Below, piece after piece: positions 62,381 through 64,000 of a stretch of 64,000 nt of DNA. A program made the translations under genes and the position numbers. The number at the start of each line of letters is the position of its first letter. The first letter of the stretch is position 1. The stretch is from Azolla caroliniana (taxonomy: Eukaryota > Plantae > Polypodiophyta), in the NCBI GenBank assembly GCA_043228905.1, contig JBHGNT010000009.1, positions 17,732,001 to 17,796,000 on the forward strand, given 5' to 3'. A model generated the notes under the pieces. It was not told the DNA's origin. It did no database searches and saw nothing but the letters and a program-made list of their open reading frames with translations.

Positions 62381-63552
62381 TGTCGTGAAGATTTTTGGCA
62401 ATAGTGTGAAAATCCTATAAAACGTACGAAATCGAGTATAAATCACGTAGTACAATAATTGTGAAGATAACATTTTAAATAGATTTAATATCTAAGTACA
62501 AAATGATGGAGGTTTCGAATGCACTTTATTACACGAGAAACGGACAACTAAATGTCAAGATATGAGGGTATAAAGTTTGTAAAAGGAAAGGAGAAAATTG
62601 TGAGATATCCCACATAGGCATGACAAATATAGCTCTCATCATATATAAGGTGGAGCAAAAGATATTATCTTTGTGTCTATGTGTGGAGCATAGAGAGTTC
62701 AAGGTAACTTGAACTAAGAGTGGAGGTGGGCTAGCTTGAACTAAGAGTGGAGGTGAACTTGAACTAAGAGTGGAGGGTTTTGGCCAACCAAAACTGGACC
62801 GGCGATGGAGCCGGTGATCCGGCGGCAATCCGGCGGCGTCCGAATCCGATGGCAATCCGGTGACGGTGATCCGATGGCATCCGGCGAGGCACCGGTATCC
62901 GGTAACCGACGGCATCCGGCGACGGCACCGGTAACCAACGACATCTGGCGACGGTATCCGGCGAACCGGCGTCCGGCGAATAGATAAATAAATATATAAA
63001 TATATATACATATTTACATATACAAGGAGGGAAAGTAAGGATTCGAACCTTGCACCTCCAAGTTAGGAGTCAATTGGCTTACCATTAAGCCATGCTATTT
63101 AGTTGAAATTATATTTCTATCATTGTACTTTTACATGTAAATTCTCATACATGAGAACTAAAATGAGTGACATGGTTATCATGCACCACATGTAATACAT
63201 AAGCGCCAAATGGCAAACATGCAATTTATGCATGTCTTGTACCCTCACATGCATCATATGCATGAGAGCATCTATAAAAGAGGGAAGGGGGAGGAGAAAA
63301 AACACGGGTTTTTTTTTATTATGAAATTAAGAAGAAGAAATTCGTTATCAAATTGATGGTGTAACTTGTTTCTTAAATCCAAAGATAAAAAGTTCAATCG
63401 ATCTTTCTTAATCGTTTAATCTCAACTTCTCTCTTTCCCAATCTATCTTAAGCACTTTCTCGCCAAAGCTTGTATCGACTCTAAATATTTCTGGTCCAGA
63501 ACCCCGACGGTTCCGCCTCACGATCCGCGCGTAGTGATGGATCTTCACGACA
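62381..63552 (+). mobile_element. Solo LTR (1172 bp) inserted in the Copia integrase, 4-bp TSD ACGT/ACGC
   Basis: 12-bp terminal inverted repeat TGTCGTGAAGAT...ATCTTCACGACA; removing it restores the DDFKAYLRKEG frame; architecture like LTR 32138-33007. Confidence 0.85.
63036..63094 (-). promoter_or_regulatory. tRNA-like A-box/B-box module inside the solo LTR
   Basis: Minus strand TGGCTTAATGGTAAGC (D stem GCTT/AAGC)...GAGGTGCAAGGTTCGAATCCTT. Confidence 0.65.
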
Positions 63553-64000
63553 ACGCCTTGAAATCGTCTGAGAAGTACTCCTTGCCGCCATCCGATCGAA
63601 GGCATCGTACATGTCGGCCCGTGGCTTTCTCGACTTCATTCTTGAATTTTTGGAAGTGTCCGAACACTTCGCTCTTTTGCCGCATCGGGTAGATCCAATT
63701 GTGCCTAGAGAAGTCGTCGATGAAGGTCACGTACTATCGGCATCCGCCGAATGTCGCCGTTTGAGCCGGACCCCATACATCGGAATGAATTACGTCGAGT
63801 ACGCTTTTGCTCACGTTACGCTCCTTCGGAAATGGGTGCCGATGTTGCTTGCCGAATTGGCAAGTGGCAGGCACACCTTCAATCTCTTTCTCCGTGAATG
63901 TCGGGAGCCCGATGACGACTCCTTTCGATTGCATTGCCTTGAGCTTTTGGAGGTTGATATGGTCAATCCGCTTGTGCCATAACTCTATGTTGGAATCGGC

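Larger units (their letters stand above)
59429..64000 (-). mobile_element. Ty1/Copia element (3' LTR 59429-59806, RNase H, RT, integrase), continues off the right edge
   Basis: TG...CA LTR followed by PPT; YTDADWAG, LYVDDL, QMDVKNAFL, TPQQNRVAERKNR, FIDDFSR, HSDVWGP. Confidence 0.93.

Overview
Eukaryotic land-plant nuclear DNA, probably a non-seed plant such as a fern or bryophyte (an inference from TE types and gene style). A central island holds three spliced genes: mitochondrial ribosomal protein S29/DAP3 (+, 7057-13607), an IAR1-like His-rich ZIP metal transporter (-, 16738-20742) and Ycf54 (-, 40515-42902). Two outward-facing tandem arrays of tRNA-Gly genes/pseudogenes bracket the island. 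The left array is on the minus strand with a ~515-bp unit; the right is on the plus strand with a ~740-bp unit alternating GCC and CCC anticodons; about 25 copies in total, one fully intact. The rest is nested retroelements: a Ty3/Gypsy with a 4-bp TSD carrying a near-intact RTEX-like LINE, a second Gypsy and two Copia elements inserted in the tRNA array, a solo LTR, L1 fragments and captured gene fragments (Ca-ATPase, sugar transporter). Most notable: (i) the GCC/CCC tRNA-Gly higher-order array, whose CCC copies lack an adjacent terminator and are followed by a conserved structured ~100-nt trailer; (ii) an antisense tRNA-like Pol III promoter module shared by two divergent LTR families; (iii) -1 frameshift cassettes in both Gypsy elements, one with a clear pseudoknot placed after the protease.
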